Source of the DNA: Verrucomicrobiota bacterium
Lineage (GTDB): Bacteria; Verrucomicrobiota; Verrucomicrobiia; Limisphaerales; CANJSG01
Reading direction: 5' to 3'
Length of the DNA: 54,899 nucleotides
Assembly: GCA_038209745.1 (NCBI GenBank)
Contig: JBBQXJ010000026.1
Location: 1 to 54,899 of the forward strand
The translations under genes and the position numbers were made by a program. Shown here one piece after another: positions 26,827-36,200 of the stretch (within the stretch, counting starts at the first letter, position 1; every line of letters begins with the position of its first letter). The notes under the pieces are model-generated. The model was given only the letters and a program-made list of their open reading frames with translations, ran no database searches and was not told the DNA's origin.

Positions 26827-27109
26827 CAGGATGTTTCCTTGCTGTGTATTATGGTTTACTGGAGAGACCTCCCGTCCCTCCTCGGTGGACGGAACTGGGG
26901 AACGCCTCTTACGGAATCCGGTTTTAGCAGAGCCGATGCCAGCTCCGGTGCCCGCGCCCATCCGTTCCTGTAACAAACTGTAAAAGAACGGATTGGAAGA
27001 AACATAAAGAGTTCATGCCCTGCGGGAGATCCCGCCAAGGTCGGAAGAAACAGCCCGGCACCGGGCAAAAACTGCGACCCAGCGGCAAGAAATTCCCATT
27101 CCGAAGCCT

Positions 27110-27352
27110 TTCTCCATGACGGAGAAAGGTCGCTCTGAGACGAAGAAAGGTTTTCCCGAGACGGAGACAGGTTGCTCTGGGACAAAGAAAGGTTTTCCGA
27201 AGTCGGAAAAAGGTTCCTCTGAGACGGAGAAAGGTTTTCAGAAGGCGGAGAAAGGTTGCTCTGAGACGGCGAAAGGCTTCTCCAAGTCGGAGAAAGGTTT
27301 TTCCGAGACGGAGAAAGGTTTCTCCAAGTCGGAGAAAGGTTTTTCCGAGACG
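27110..27352. repeat. 21-bp tandem array, 11 full units plus a partial one
   Basis: Consensus approximately TTCTCCGAGACGGAGAAAGGT, contiguous, no spacers. Confidence 0.92.
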
Positions 27353-27609
27353 GGCTCAACCCCTGTTGAAGCCGAACCTAGCCTCTTGGGCTTGGACCCA
27401 GGCCAGTCCTTCAGCCAACCCGCCTCCCCGGCCACGCCCGGATCCGGACCCGGACCCTAGCGTCGAACGGGAGTTCGCCGGAAGCACGCCGGTTCGCGGC
27501 CACGAGGGCTTGCTCGGCCTCCATCTCCACCACGATCACTTGGTGCGTGGCGCCAGAGGAGACTAAATGCCCCCGCCGGAGGACGAGGGGCAAAGCTCCG
27601 CAGTCCTAT

Positions 27610-27772
27610 CAGCCTGGGGCAACGCCCCGGGTCAAAGACCACAAAACGGCCAAGGGCTGAAGGCCCGTCCCATCCGCACTAACGATGAGCCGGGCCTTCA
27701 GCCCTCCGGGGAATTGGGGGACCGTGAACCTGGGGCGTTGCCCCAGGCTGGTATGGAATGCGCCTTTGGCGC
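27610..27772. repeat. Nested inverted-repeat (REP-like) element
   Basis: CAGCCTGGGGCAACGCCCCGGG (27610-27631) pairs with CCTGGGGCGTTGCCCCAGGCTG (27729-27750); AGGGCTGAAGGCCCG pairs with CGGGCCTTCAGCCCT inside. Confidence 0.8.
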
Positions 27773-27846
27773 GTCGGACGCCGGGGCCAATGCCACCAGC
27801 GTCCGACGCGCCAGAGGATCTGGGCGCCGGGCGATGGGTGAAGCGA

Positions 27847-30800
27847 CTACTTCACCGACCGGAGGTAGGAGAAGAGGTCCGCCACTTGTTGATCGGGCAG
27901 GGATTCAAGGAGGCCTTCCGGCATGAGGGATCGCCGGAGGAACCTGGCGTCGCGGATGCCTTTCTTCTCGATCCGTTGTTCGCCCTGACCAGGCACGCGG
28001 AGAACCACGGCCGCGGCGTCTTCCCGGACGAACAGGCCGTCGAGCAGATCGCCGTCGGTCAGCTCCACGCGGTAGGTGCGGTAGCCGGCTTCCATGGCGG
28101 CGTTCGGGGTGAGGATGTTTCTCAGCAGGGCCTCGGTGCTGAGCGCGCCCACGCCGCTGAGGTCCGGGCCGATGTTGCCGCCGTCGCCTTTGACCAGATG
28201 GCAGGCAAGGCAGGTGGCGGCGACGGCTTTGCCCCGGGGGACGTCTCCGGGCTGTTGGGCGAGGGTGCGGAAGTGGGCGAACTTCGTGTCCATCTCGGCG
28301 GCCTGCGCGGCGGTGAGCAGCGGCGGATGGTCGAGTGATTTCACGAGCCGGGCTCCGGTGTGGAGCTTTCCCCAGGAACCGTCGCCGGTGGCGAGGAAGA
28401 CGAGTCCTTCAGGCTTGGTTTGGCCGGCGTAGCTGCGGTCGAAGCCGCTGCGGATCTCGTCGGTCGAGAGGGCGCGGTTCCACAGGCGGATCTCGCAGAA
28501 GGCGCCGGCGGTGCCGCCCTTCGGTCCGCTGGCGCCGATCAAGGGATTCTGCAACGGGCCGGGCGCGGGTTGGCTCGCCGTGGCGTCCAGTTCGCCGTTC
28601 AGATACAGCCGCCAGATGCCGGCGCCGTCGCGGGTGGCGGCGAGGTGGGTCCAGAGGTCCGGCGCAAACGGCTTGCGGCTGACGACGACATCGCCCGCGC
28701 CGCCGCCGGCCCAGACGCGGAAGTGGGCGTCGTAGAAGTTCAGGTCAAAGGGGGCGGAAGCCAGCAGCAGGCTGTCCTGGTTGTTGATGCCAGGATTGAG
28801 GCGGACCCAGGCTTCGATGGTGCAGGCGCCGTCGAGCGTGACGCCGGATTCAAGGGCGGCTTCGTCGGTGCCATCCAGCAGCACGACGGTGCGGAGCACG
28901 TCGCCGAGGCCCGCGATGAGGGCGTTCAAATCCCCATCGCCCGGCAGCACGGCCTGCAGTTTCTCCAAGGTGGCGCTGTCGAGATCCGCCGGAGGAATCG
29001 CGCCGGCGCGGAAGACGGAGACCAAGCCGCGGGCGGTGGCCGGTGAACCCGACAGTTGTTGGAGGGCGCTGCGGCGTTCCCCGGGGGAGAGCTTGGGCCA
29101 GAAGGGCGCCACCAGCGCGGCGGTGCGTTCCGATTTGGCGGCGGTCAAGGCCTTGAACGCCTCGGTCCGCGTGTCGGCGTCGGTGGATTCCCGGACGTAG
29201 CGGGCGAAGAGGTCGGCCTGGCCGCTGCCGATCTGGGCGAGGGCGTTCAGGACGGCCGGCGCGTCCGATGGGTTGGTGCCGAGGAGGGCGATCAAATCGG
29301 GCTCCAGAGCGGCGAGCTTGAAGCCGGCGGCCACCCGCAAGCCGAGCGGCCGCTGGTGATCGTCGGCCAGCAGCGCCTTCGCCGACTTGGTCAGCACGGC
29401 TTCGAGTTGACCGGCGTTGAAACGGGTCCGGATGGAGAGCAGCGCGTCGATGTTGCCGGGAATCTTGAGGAGGCGCAGGAGCGCGTCGGCGACCCCGGGT
29501 TGGTCGGGGAATTGAACGAGACGAAGGAGCTCCTCGGTGCCGGGAGGCCGGGAGATCTCGGGCAGCAAGCGGGCGACACGGGACGCGCTCGACGCCGGCT
29601 CCAAGGCCAACGCGGCGACCAGACGATTCTCGACCGGCAACGCGGCGGCCTCTTTGGAGTCAAGCCATGCGGCCAGTTCAGCCGGACGGGTTTCGAGGAA
29701 GAGGCGCACGAGATACCGCTCGAACTCGCGGTCGTAGGCTTCGCGGACTTTCTGCGGGCGTCCGTTCTGGGTGGAGGGCGCCGTGGGGCCGTCGAGCGAG
29801 GGGCGGGCCATGGAGACCAGCAGATGGAAGGCGGCCGGTGGGACTGAGGCCGCCTTGGGGAAACCGATGCCGTAGGGCTGGCCGATGGATCCGCCGACGG
29901 TGCGGATCACCTGGGCGCGGACTTCCGGATCCGGATCCTCCGCCAACGATGCGAGGGTGGCGACAAGGCCGGGCAACTTCGCTTCGCCCAAGGCGCGGAT
30001 GGCTTCACGGCGCAGGTTGCGATTCGAAGACTTGAGCGGCGGTTGCAGGGAAGCGGCGTCGACCGAGTGCAGGCCTTCGAGCGCCCAGAGGGAGGCGATG
30101 CGGCGGGCGGCGGCCTGGGTGTCGTCGGCGAGGACCGTCTTCAGCGCGGGGGCCAGCGTCGTCAATTGGCGATCGGTGATGGCCTGCCAGGCGAGATGGC
30201 TTTGGGCGAGAGATTGGCCGCCGAGTTTCGCGACCAATTCATCGGGCGGAAGCGTGGTGAAATCGGGGACCGCGAAGGGCTTCTGCGAGGAATGCTTCAC
30301 GCGCCAGATGCGGCCGCGGGTCTTGTCGCGGTCGGGGTGGTTCCGGGCCACTTCGTTGTGGGAGATGATCTTGTTATACCAGTCCACGATGTAGAGGCAG
30401 CCGTCGGGGCCGGTCGTCATGGCGACGGGCCGGAAGAACTCGTCGCTGGAGCGGATGAACGACGGCAATTTCGACAGTCGATACCCCGGGCCATCGCGTT
30501 CGACGCGGAGGGCCTGGACTTCGCGGATGATGGGATTGGCGACGTAGAGGGTGTCCGCATAGGGCGCGGGCCAGGCGCCTTGGGCATCGCTCAAGGCGAG
30601 GCCGCTGAGGCCGGTGCCGCCCATGCTGAAGTCGGGCGCGGTGCCGGGGAAGACCGGGGCGTAGCTCTTGAACTGGCCGTCCGTGCAGCCCGGGTAGTTC
30701 GCGTAATCATGGAACCGCATGGCGGGATAGCCGTAGTCGTTGGCTTCCTGGATCCAGGTCTCGCCCTCGGGCCCGATGACGAGTCCCCAGATGTTGCACG

Positions 30801-32121
30801 GGCCTTGCGAGGTGATGTCGAACTGCGAGCCGTCGACGCGGAACCGGGTCATGCGGGTCTGGTCGAAGCTCTCCGATTCGCCGTCCTTGGTGCGGACCTT
30901 GCCGTAGTTGAAGGCGCCCTGGGCCATCCAGAGCCAGTTGCCCGGGGCACGGGTGAACTGGTGGGGAAAGAGGTGTGAATCCTGGACGCCGAAGCCGCTG
31001 AGCACGGTCTCGCGCTTGTCCGCCTTGCCATCGCCGTCGGTGTCGTGGAGGAAGACGATCTCCGGCCCATGAAGCACGAGCGCACCATCGCCGTAGGGCA
31101 GGAGGCCGAGAGGAATGGCCAGTCCATCGGCGAAGACACGGGGATGCTGGAGGCCGGGAGCGAAGGGGGTGTCGTAGACGAGGACCTTGTCCTTGCCCGG
31201 CGATGCGTAGAGCGCCTCGGCGACGGCGGGGTTTTCGTTGCCGTCCACCGGGTATTCGAAAGCCGTCATGGTCCACATCCGGCCGCGTTGGTCGAAGTTC
31301 ACCGCGACGAACTTGCCGGCCAACCCCGGCTCCTCCGCTGCGACCAGCTCGATCTCGAACCCGGGCGGGAGGGTGAACGAGGCCTGTTCGTCACGGGGCA
31401 GGAGCGGCGATGGCTTGGAGGCTTTGCCCGGTTCGGGCGCGCCGATGAAGGCCGTACCCGGCGGGGTGGCTGGAAGCTCCTCGAGGGTCAGGTCCTTGAC
31501 CTGCACCAGGGCTTTGCCGCCGCCGTGGACCTGGATGCCCATCAGGCCGTGCTGGGGGATCGAGCCGTCGGGTTCGGTGTAGTCGATGCCTTGGACGCCA
31601 TTGAGCCAGGTGGTGATGCGGGGACCATCGGCGCGGATGACGAATTCGTTCCAGTCGTTGCGATGCAGGACGGGCTCGATCACCGCCATGTCGGCGGCGA
31701 CGAGATTGCGATTGCGGCGCGATTCGTCGTAGAGCCCGGCCCACCAGCTGGGATCGCCGTAGTCGCACTGGTAGCCGCTCATCTCGGAGTCGTTCGGCAC
31801 CCGCTGGGAGCGGATCTGGAAGCCGCTGTTGATGAAGCCCTCGGTGCCGGTGAGCTTGATCCGCATGCGGACGATGAAATTCGTATAGGGCCGGGTGGTG
31901 GCGAGGAATTCGTTGCGCTGGACCGCCTCCGTCAACGATCCGCCGGCGATCATGCCATCCTCCACGCGCCACAGCTTGGGATCCCCCTCCCAACCTTGGA
32001 GCGAATGCCCGTCGAACAGGGGAACGGTCTTGCCCGGGGCGGGCGGGGGCGCGGCCAGGCAGACGGTGGGCAGCAGGAGCAGCGCGAGGGACCAGCGGGC
32101 CAGGGAGTTCATCATGGACAT
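27847..32121 (-). CDS. PVC-type heme-binding CxxCH protein: DUF1080 + membrane-bound-dehydrogenase propeller + HEAT + LamG + cytochrome c
   Basis: 'LFDGHSLQGW', 'NSGFQIRS', 'FTLPPGFEIELVA', 'GPDGCLYIVDWYN', 'TIEAWVR..WTHLAAT..EIRLWNRAL', 'CLACH..GPDL', 'SLMPEGL'. Start uncertain by a few codons. Confidence 0.9.
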   Translation of the reverse strand: MSMMNSLARWSLALLLLPTVCLAAPPPAPGKTVPLFDGHSLQGWEGDPKLWRVEDGMIAGGSLTEAVQRNEFLATTRPYTNFIVRMRIKLTGTEGFINSGFQIRSQRVPNDSEMSGYQCDYGDPSWWAGLYDESRRNRNLVAADMAVIEPVLHRNDWNEFVIRADGPRITTWLNGVQGIDYTEPDGSIPQHGLMGIQVHGGGKALVQVKDLTLEELPATPPGTAFIGAPEPGKASKPSPLLPRDEQASFTLPPGFEIELVAAEEPGLAGKFVAVNFDQRGRMWTMTAFEYPVDGNENPAVAEALYASPGKDKVLVYDTPFAPGLQHPRVFADGLAIPLGLLPYGDGALVLHGPEIVFLHDTDGDGKADKRETVLSGFGVQDSHLFPHQFTRAPGNWLWMAQGAFNYGKVRTKDGESESFDQTRMTRFRVDGSQFDITSQGPCNIWGLVIGPEGETWIQEANDYGYPAMRFHDYANYPGCTDGQFKSYAPVFPGTAPDFSMGGTGLSGLALSDAQGAWPAPYADTLYVANPIIREVQALRVERDGPGYRLSKLPSFIRSSDEFFRPVAMTTGPDGCLYIVDWYNKIISHNEVARNHPDRDKTRGRIWRVKHSSQKPFAVPDFTTLPPDELVAKLGGQSLAQSHLAWQAITDRQLTTLAPALKTVLADDTQAAARRIASLWALEGLHSVDAASLQPPLKSSNRNLRREAIRALGEAKLPGLVATLASLAEDPDPEVRAQVIRTVGGSIGQPYGIGFPKAASVPPAAFHLLVSMARPSLDGPTAPSTQNGRPQKVREAYDREFERYLVRLFLETRPAELAAWLDSKEAAALPVENRLVAALALEPASSASRVARLLPEISRPPGTEELLRLVQFPDQPGVADALLRLLKIPGNIDALLSIRTRFNAGQLEAVLTKSAKALLADDHQRPLGLRVAAGFKLAALEPDLIALLGTNPSDAPAVLNALAQIGSGQADLFARYVRESTDADTRTEAFKALTAAKSERTAALVAPFWPKLSPGERRSALQQLSGSPATARGLVSVFRAGAIPPADLDSATLEKLQAVLPGDGDLNALIAGLGDVLRTVVLLDGTDEAALESGVTLDGACTIEAWVRLNPGINNQDSLLLASAPFDLNFYDAHFRVWAGGGAGDVVVSRKPFAPDLWTHLAATRDGAGIWRLYLNGELDATASQPAPGPLQNPLIGASGPKGGTAGAFCEIRLWNRALSTDEIRSGFDRSYAGQTKPEGLVFLATGDGSWGKLHTGARLVKSLDHPPLLTAAQAAEMDTKFAHFRTLAQQPGDVPRGKAVAATCLACHLVKGDGGNIGPDLSGVGALSTEALLRNILTPNAAMEAGYRTYRVELTDGDLLDGLFVREDAAAVVLRVPGQGEQRIEKKGIRDARFLRRSLMPEGLLESLPDQQVADLFSYLRSVK

Positions 32122-32451
32122 GGGCTTCAACATTGGACGATCGAAAGGCAGACGCCACGGGCACCGGGCTTCATTCGATCCTCGGACCACTTTCCCCGGG
32201 ATGGAGGCGTCGGCCGGTCCGAGGGCGATACAATGGGCGGTGCGGGTGAACGCTTGCAGCGTCGCAGCTGGAGTCGGCCAAGAGAAGAGGAAGGAAGCAC
32301 CAATTACCGACGATCCTGCGCCGGTCGGGGAGGGCTCCAATGGGGTTGACGGGGCGAGGGAGAGAGGACTCGACCTTGGCCGGGAGCGAAGGGCCGGGCG
32401 GTCGAGGGGTCTCCCCCGGTTCGAGACCAGGAGAGACCACGACGGACGGGA

Positions 32452-32577
32452 CTACTTCTTCTTCGCGACGCCCGCCTTGGTGGCTGCGTCCTGCTTTTTC
32501 TGCTGGTCGGCGGCGCCGGCCTTGGCCTGTTTCTGGCCGGTCTTCTTCTGGTTGTCTTTCGGGGATCGGTCGCCCAT
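32452..32577 (-). CDS. 41-aa Lys/Gln/Ala-rich basic peptide
   Basis: MGDRSPKDNQKKTGQKQAKAGAADQQKKQDAATKAGVAKKK with host-like GC3 codon use. Confidence 0.6.
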   Translation of the reverse strand: MGDRSPKDNQKKTGQKQAKAGAADQQKKQDAATKAGVAKKK

Positions 32578-33102
32578 AGAGGTTGATCTTTTTTGAGGTT
32601 TGCTGGCCTGCGGCATGATTGGTTTCTCCGGAGGCCCGCCTACCCTGCTGGGCGATTCGTTGATTGTAAACCGTGGAGGCGGACGATGTGTCGCGGGACT
32701 GGATCCGGCGGATCTACGGGAGGACGACGGTCCCATTCTGGTCCGTGAAGTTGGCGAGTCCCAACGACGAGGACTGGTTCGGCCCGAGGTATTCCGCGCG
32801 GCGGGTGGCGGGCCGATAGATCGCGGGGTAGAGCGTGCCATAGCCGTGCTAGAACCCCGCTTGGACAGAGGCGGACGGAGGCAATCCGCCTCGCAGACGT
32901 TGTGGTCCGTCGTGCGGTTGAACAGCATCTCGAACAGACGCCGTGCGCGTTCCCGGGTGCGGGTGGCCTTCGCGTGCAGGGGCCGCGCGACCCGGTCCTG
33001 GTGGTTGGTCGACGCCTCGGTGCGGCGAAGGAAACGTGGTGGTGTCCGGCGAAGGAAACGTGGTCGCGAAACTGCCCTGCTGGTCGAGCAGCAGGGTATT
33101 GT

Positions 33103-33238
33103 CCGGAACGATGCAGTGGCGATTGGAGAGCGCGTCCACGCGGTCCATAGGAGGCGCCGGAACACATCGCCCGAAGGTGTGTCCGGACGGCAGTCGGGGC
33201 GGCTGCTCTTCCCGTTCGTTTCCAGTGCATCGTTCCGG
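33103..33238. mobile_element. MITE-like element, copy B
   Basis: CCGGAACGATGCAGTGG...CCAGTGCATCGTTCCGG; matches copy A apart from two internal gaps. Confidence 0.7.
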
Positions 33239-33253
33239 TTGAGGCGGCGTGCT

Positions 33254-36200
33254 TCAGGGGGACGCGATGACTTCCAGGACCACGCCGGGGTTGGGTCCGG
33301 TGCTCACGTAGTTCACCTTGAAGGCTCTGCCGGCGGTGAAAGCGGCCCCGGTGATGTAGGTGAATTTTCGGTTCGACCAGCTCGTGCTGCGCAGGATCTG
33401 GAACGTGTCGCCGATGTTGGGCAGGTAACCGTTCAACAGGTGGATGTTCAGGGTCGCATCCAGGAAGTTCACGGTTCCGGCCACCACGATCTGGTCGTAG
33501 CCGGTGCCCGGAGCGGGGCCGGCGATGTCGATGTTCAACTGGGGAGGCGGCTGGTTCGCCGTTGTGGTGAAGCCGAGCGTGACCGGGCCGGCGTTGTTGC
33601 TGATCACGAGGGTGCCCATCGGCGAACCTGGAGACACGTCCGCCGAGCCGGTGACCAGGACCTTTCCACCCAGCAGTCCCGCCCCGGTCAGATGGCCGCC
33701 GCTGAAGGTGAACTGGCTGTTCCTCACGTTGTTGACCATGAGATCGCCGCCGGCCAGTCGGGTCTCTCCCGCCGTCTGTTGATAGGCTCCGGATTCGAGG
33801 GAAATCGTCCCGGCCCCGGCGATGAAAAGGCCCTCGTTGACCAGTTGCGGATAGCCAGTAAGCAGTAGGGTCGCTCCCGCGTTGGTCTTCGAGATCGTGC
33901 CTTGATTGACGAAGATGCCGCCCCCCCAAATGTCGATGGCATTGGTCGCCACCAAGTCGATCGAGCCGGTGGGTGAGACGATGAGGCTGTCGGAGGTGAC
34001 ATTGCCGGAATGCCAGGTTGTCGGGCCGTTGATCGTCACATGGGCGAGCGTGATATTGGTGCGGATGTCCATCGCTCCGTCCACGAAGATCTGCGCGGTA
34101 TCCGGACTGCCGAGGTTCAACCGGTTGGTCAGCGTCAGATCGCTCGTGATCCGGATACGGCCGGTGCCGCGTATCCAAGTGCCGCCGAAGTCTGGCTCGA
34201 CGGAGATCGGACTGGACAACACGGCCTCCGTGGGGCCGTTGAAGATGAGACTGCCGTTGCCCAGCGTGATCGGGCCGGTCAGTTCGGTGCTCAGGCCGGA
34301 GAAGGTGGCGATGCCATAGTCGAACCGCCACGGACCGGCCGCGTGGACCGGGCCGGTGAAGTTGACCGTGCCGGTGATGTGGGTCAGGCCGGCGAACCGG
34401 TAGTCGGACTGGACGGTGGCCCCTTTCACTTCCACCACGCCGTCGCCGACCACGCTCGCGGCCGGGCCGAAGACCGTGCTCGTCGGCGTCCCCCACACCT
34501 GAAGCGTGGCGGCGGAAGCGATCTGGCAAACGCCGTTGAAGGCGAGCGATTGCCCCAAAATATTGAAGTTCAACAGGCCCTCCTGCACGTTCACCGTGCC
34601 GTTGTTCTGGAACTGGATCGAATAGATCGAGGCCAGGCCGGGGCCGGTCTTCCGCAGCTCTCCGTCGTTGCGGAAGGTCGACCGATGGGAGGGCGGAAGG
34701 GGGACTCCGCCGGACTGGTCGACGTTGTTGATGTGGACCAACAGGTTGTTCGGGTCGATGGCGTGGATCTCCAGCACGCTGCCCGCCAGGGTGCGCAGTT
34801 CGCTCGGGGCGAGATATGGGGTGCCGGCCGGCGTGATGGAGTAGCCGTCGAGATAGTGGGGCGTGGCTGTGGGCGCCAGTTCCATCACATGGTTGTAGAG
34901 AGAGAGGGAGGCCGAGGAAACATGGAGCGGCCCGTGCAGGATCGAGCTTCCTCCGGTGAAGTTGGCGCTTGCGGACGGTTCCACCGTGACGGATCCGTTC
35001 AGCACCGCGAGATCCTCCAGATAGAGTGTTCCGCTATTGGTGAAGTCCAGGTTTTCGTTGGAGATCAGCGACCGGAGATGTTGTTCGCCGGTCACCTGCA
35101 CCACGGGGTTGGCCCCGGCCCGATCGATCACCACGAAATCGTTGGTGCCCGGAACGGTTCCGCCGCTCCAGTTGGCGCCGAGAGCCCAGGCACCGTTCAG
35201 ATCGGACAGCCAGAGCTTGAAACCAGTGACCGTGACGGCGTAGGAGACTGCGGCGGGCAGGGGAGCGCCGCCGCTGAGACTCGTGATGCCGGTTCCAAGC
35301 ACGAAGGTGTATTGGCCGACCGCGACGCCGTTCGGATACGAAAGGACGACATCGTTTCCACCGTTGGTGAGCGAGATTCCACCGCCCGGAACCGGCGTTC
35401 CTCCCGAGATGAGCTGGCACGAACCGGGAGTGACCGAGCCCGGTGTGAGCGGCTTCTGAAAGCGGGCGGTGATTTGAAATGGCATCCCCACGCCCAATGG
35501 TTGGCGCGGAGAGCTCGTGATCCCCAACAAGACGGGTGGAGCGAGGACGATGGGAACCGTCTGGTTGCCCGTCCAGGTCACGTTGCCGCCCGTGTCCGTG
35601 GCCTTGGCCCGCAGGACAAAATTGGTCTTGGTCGGACTCCAGTCCGGTGCTTTCAGATGGGTTTCAAAGGGGAACGTCCCGGAGGTGGCGGCGAGGGCAC
35701 CATCGATGTAGAACTCGACGGTTCGCACCTGCACGTCGTCGGACGTCTGCGTCGTGGCGAACAGATCGAACGGATCCTGCCGGCCGGTCGGGATCGATGG
35801 TTCGTAGGCCAGCGTGATGACGGGAGGATTGGTCCCCGTATCGGCCGGCTGATAGTTCACCGTCACCAGACCTTTGAAAGTGGCCAGCACCGCAAAGCCC
35901 CGTTGGAAAACCAACGCTGCCGGCGGGCTGGGGGTGGGCAAAGTCCCGAGATAGTTGGTCGTGGCCAGGAGGTTTTGGATATTGTAGAGCGACATTCCAC
36001 TGCCTTGGACGGAGGCAAGAAGGCCGCTGCCATTGACGGCGAGGTTGTGGGCGGCGATGCGCGGAATTGTGGTGGGCTGACCCAAGAGGGTCGGCTGCGA
36101 AGGATTACGGACATCAACGGTGTAAATTCCCTCGTCGGATCCTTCATAGGCATATCCCTGCGCCACAAACCATTTTTGGCCGCCGAATGAGGCGGCGGTA

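Noticed and set aside
27110..27352. CRISPR array
   Set aside because: Units are contiguous with no unique spacers, and there are no cas genes in the window.
26856..27460. Heptad-repeat ORFs on both strands as confirmed genes
   Set aside because: Open frames follow from the stop-free 21-bp unit; no independent coding evidence.
33023..33064. CGGCGAAGGAAACGTGGT direct repeat (24-bp period) as a functional array
   Set aside because: Only two copies in apparently degraded sequence; consistent with local duplication.
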